Origin: Bispira polyomma
Lineage: Eukaryota
Length of the DNA: 64,000 nucleotides
Assembly: GCA_965649765.1 (NCBI GenBank)
Contig: OZ287753.1
Span: 69,750,001 to 69,814,000, forward strand
Direction of reading: 5' to 3'
The notes under the pieces are model-generated. The model was not told where the DNA came from, did no database searches, and saw only the letters and a program-made list of their open reading frames with translations. The position numbers and the translations under genes are program-made. Positions 61,856 to 64,000 of this stretch are shown piece after piece. Every line of letters begins with the position of its first letter. The stretch's first letter is position 1.

Positions 61856-62059
61856 ACTTGCAGGTCGAACTCAGTGGTGCAATGTTACAAATGATCACCT
61901 TGAATTAGATGAAAATATATAAAGAATATAGCAATAGTATCTTCCTTGTAGTTTTATGTTTTTACAGAGAGCAACCCGGTTCAGCAGTCACTATACAGAC
62001 ATGCCACTGCCAAATAACACCTGGCTTTCTGTAGATCTACTGACAGGTCCTACAACTCA

Positions 62060-62959
62060 ATGTATAGGGTATACCATGCCTATGCTACCTTCATAGATCT
62101 TCCAGTGGATCAGGTGACTGTGTTCGACCTCCTTGCTTTCTTAGAATTGTTAAACTTTAACTCTTTAAAACCTGCTTTGATGGCCAATTATCTTTCTGCT
62201 ATCAAGGCTAAGTCTATTGTCAATAATGTCCCCATTCTGGCCTTCAGTGACCCACGGATTACTTACTATCAAAAGGCTGTCCAGATGTCGGCCCCTCTCC
62301 AGGTTAAGCTGAGAAAAATTATAGATATTCCTACCTTGGAAAAGATTGTAACACTTTCACTCACCACTTACATGGGATTGGTGTTTCGAGCTGTATACCT
62401 AGTTAGCTTCTTTTCCTTCTTACACCTTTCCAACCTTGTTCCCCATGCTGTCCACCTTTTTTCTTCTTTAAAACATCTAGCACGTGGGGACGTTATGTTT
62501 CATCCTGATAAGGCTGTACTATTCATCAAATGGTCAAAAACCATGCAGAATAATAAACAAATCAAATTAATCACCATCCCCCGTCTCATGGGCTCCCCCC
62601 TTTGCCCTGTGAAGTCACTTGAGGACATTATGGCTATTTCACCTGCTGGTGTTGACCTTCCCTTATTCCAAGTAAAAGTCAACCACAAGTGGGTACCTCT
62701 AACCGACACTAAGGTACGTTGTCATTTCACAGGTATTCTTGTCAGACTGAATGTTAAAGAGTCTGGACTTACCCTGCACACTTTTCGTCGTTCAGGTGCC
62801 ACTTTTGCCTTCAATAATACCGTCAGCATACAAAACATACAAAACCATGGCACTTGGACCTCAGATTGCGTGTGGCGGTATGTCACCGACACTGTTGATG
62901 CCGGTAACCAAGTAGCTGACACTTTCAAGCGTCAACTTACAGTCTCCCCCCTTCCCTAA
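62060..62959 (+). CDS. Tyrosine recombinase; the first catalytic Arg appears to be replaced by His
   Basis: FFSFLHLSNL (normally ..LRxS..), SKT, LCPV, HTFRRSGAT and HGTWTSDCVWRY; reading frame open for 299 aa. Confidence 0.92.
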   Translation: MYRVYHAYATFIDLPVDQVTVFDLLAFLELLNFNSLKPALMANYLSAIKAKSIVNNVPILAFSDPRITYYQKAVQMSAPLQVKLRKIIDIPTLEKIVTLSLTTYMGLVFRAVYLVSFFSFLHLSNLVPHAVHLFSSLKHLARGDVMFHPDKAVLFIKWSKTMQNNKQIKLITIPRLMGSPLCPVKSLEDIMAISPAGVDLPLFQVKVNHKWVPLTDTKVRCHFTGILVRLNVKESGLTLHTFRRSGATFAFNNTVSIQNIQNHGTWTSDCVWRYVTDTVDAGNQVADTFKRQLTVSPLP

Positions 62960-63094
62960 GCTTTCTTGCTCCTACCCCTACCTTTTGGGGCTTGGCTGAT
63001 TGTCATATGTAAATGTTTTTACAGTTGTAACTTACTCAGCTAATTCACTTATTACTTAAAGTATATGTAAATACTTCTAAAGCTCACTTTAATG

Positions 63095-63265
63095 AATTAC
63101 GTAACTTGCTAGTCGTAAACTCAGTAACTTAACTGTAATTACGTAATTTCTTAGCAAACTCAGTAATTTAACTGTAATTACGTAACTTGTTAGTATTTAA
63201 TAAAATCAGTAACTGAACTGTAATTACGTAACTTGATAGTCATAAACTCAGTAATTTAACTGTAA
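63095..63265 (+). repeat. ~42-bp minisatellite x4 in the Ngaro 3' region
   Basis: Recurring aattacgtaacttg.tag..aaactcagtaa.ttaactgt. Confidence 0.8.
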
Positions 63266-63690
63266 ATGTCGCACTTTAAGGCTATGCTTACAGTGCTGTT
63301 ATTAACACCGCTAAATATATATCTGCCTATAATGCAGTTCTACTTAAACTTTATCATAAATTGACAGGTTATCGTAACTTCATTTGGACTCTAAGGTCAC
63401 CTTTGCTTAACTGCCCACAGGGCTGTATAAATGTAATATGGACAATGACTTTTTCTAAAGGTAAGGTGACCTTACTAAAATTATCAAAATTAGTAAACTA
63501 AATAAAATATTTATTGTAGGTGGCCTTAAGTCACTTACTTCTGTAATATTGAAACTAGTTATGGTGACCTTAAGTTGCCTTGTACATAGTAGTCTAACAT
63601 CTTAGTCTAACAATAAATATTTTACCGCATCCTATGTTACATACCTGTGTTCCTGACCTTTGACCTTGACCTGTTACTTGGGGAAATGTG

Positions 63691-64000
63691 ATTGATAGCA
63701 TCAAAAGCTGCTGAGAGATCTAAATAGGTGAAGGCGACAGTTTGATCACAACCCAAGGCAAGGTTAATGTCATTACTGATGGAGAGGAGGATGAGAATAT
63801 CCAGGCATTCAGTAGGAGGGATAAAATCCAGTTCACATCATTTGAAACATTTAAAACATTTTTCTTGTAGCATGAGTCCTACCTTAACACACAGGTATAA
63901 TCTCTCGATGGGAATGTTTTCTTCTAATATTCGGTGTTTGGTGTATTCACTAATCAGATAGCCATGGTAAGATATACAGGATTGCCCACTGTGAAACAAG
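63691..64000 (-). mobile_element. L2 LINE, upstream part, split off by the Ngaro insertion
   Basis: Minus strand DQTVAFTYLDLSAAFDAINH. Confidence 0.85.

Larger units (their letters stand above)
58040..63690 (+). mobile_element. Ngaro/DIRS-group tyrosine-recombinase retrotransposon, inactivated
   Basis: gag, RT/RNase H and YR in order; 5' hairpin gggctgac/gtcagccc; TATA at ~58127; inserted into an L2 RT with GTG at both junctions. Confidence 0.92.

Overview
AT-rich, CpG-depleted eukaryotic DNA, probably from a marine invertebrate (inferred from the repeat content). Most of the window is decayed or nested transposable elements: a near full-length I-clade (Nimb-like) LINE with RNase H (~5.1-10.8 kb), several L2/CR1-type LINE fragments, a Ngaro/DIRS-type tyrosine-recombinase (YR) retrotransposon (58.0-63.7 kb) plus two gag remnants, PIF/Harbinger transposase and MADF remnants, tRNA-derived SINEs, a solo LTR, MITEs and a ~120-bp satellite. 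I can support only one intact host gene, and the ORF track misses it. It has four coding exons (23981-26714, +) joined by canonical, phase-compatible GT-AG introns. The 168-aa product is a signal peptide, an acidic propeptide ending in RR, and a 126-aa profilin-like domain, i.e. an apparently secreted prepro-profilin, which is unusual for a cytosolic family. Secondary findings are an in-frame gag-to-YR splice in the Ngaro-like element and a non-coding YR-type element carrying a conserved structured RNA core. All homology calls are by eye; no database search was run.
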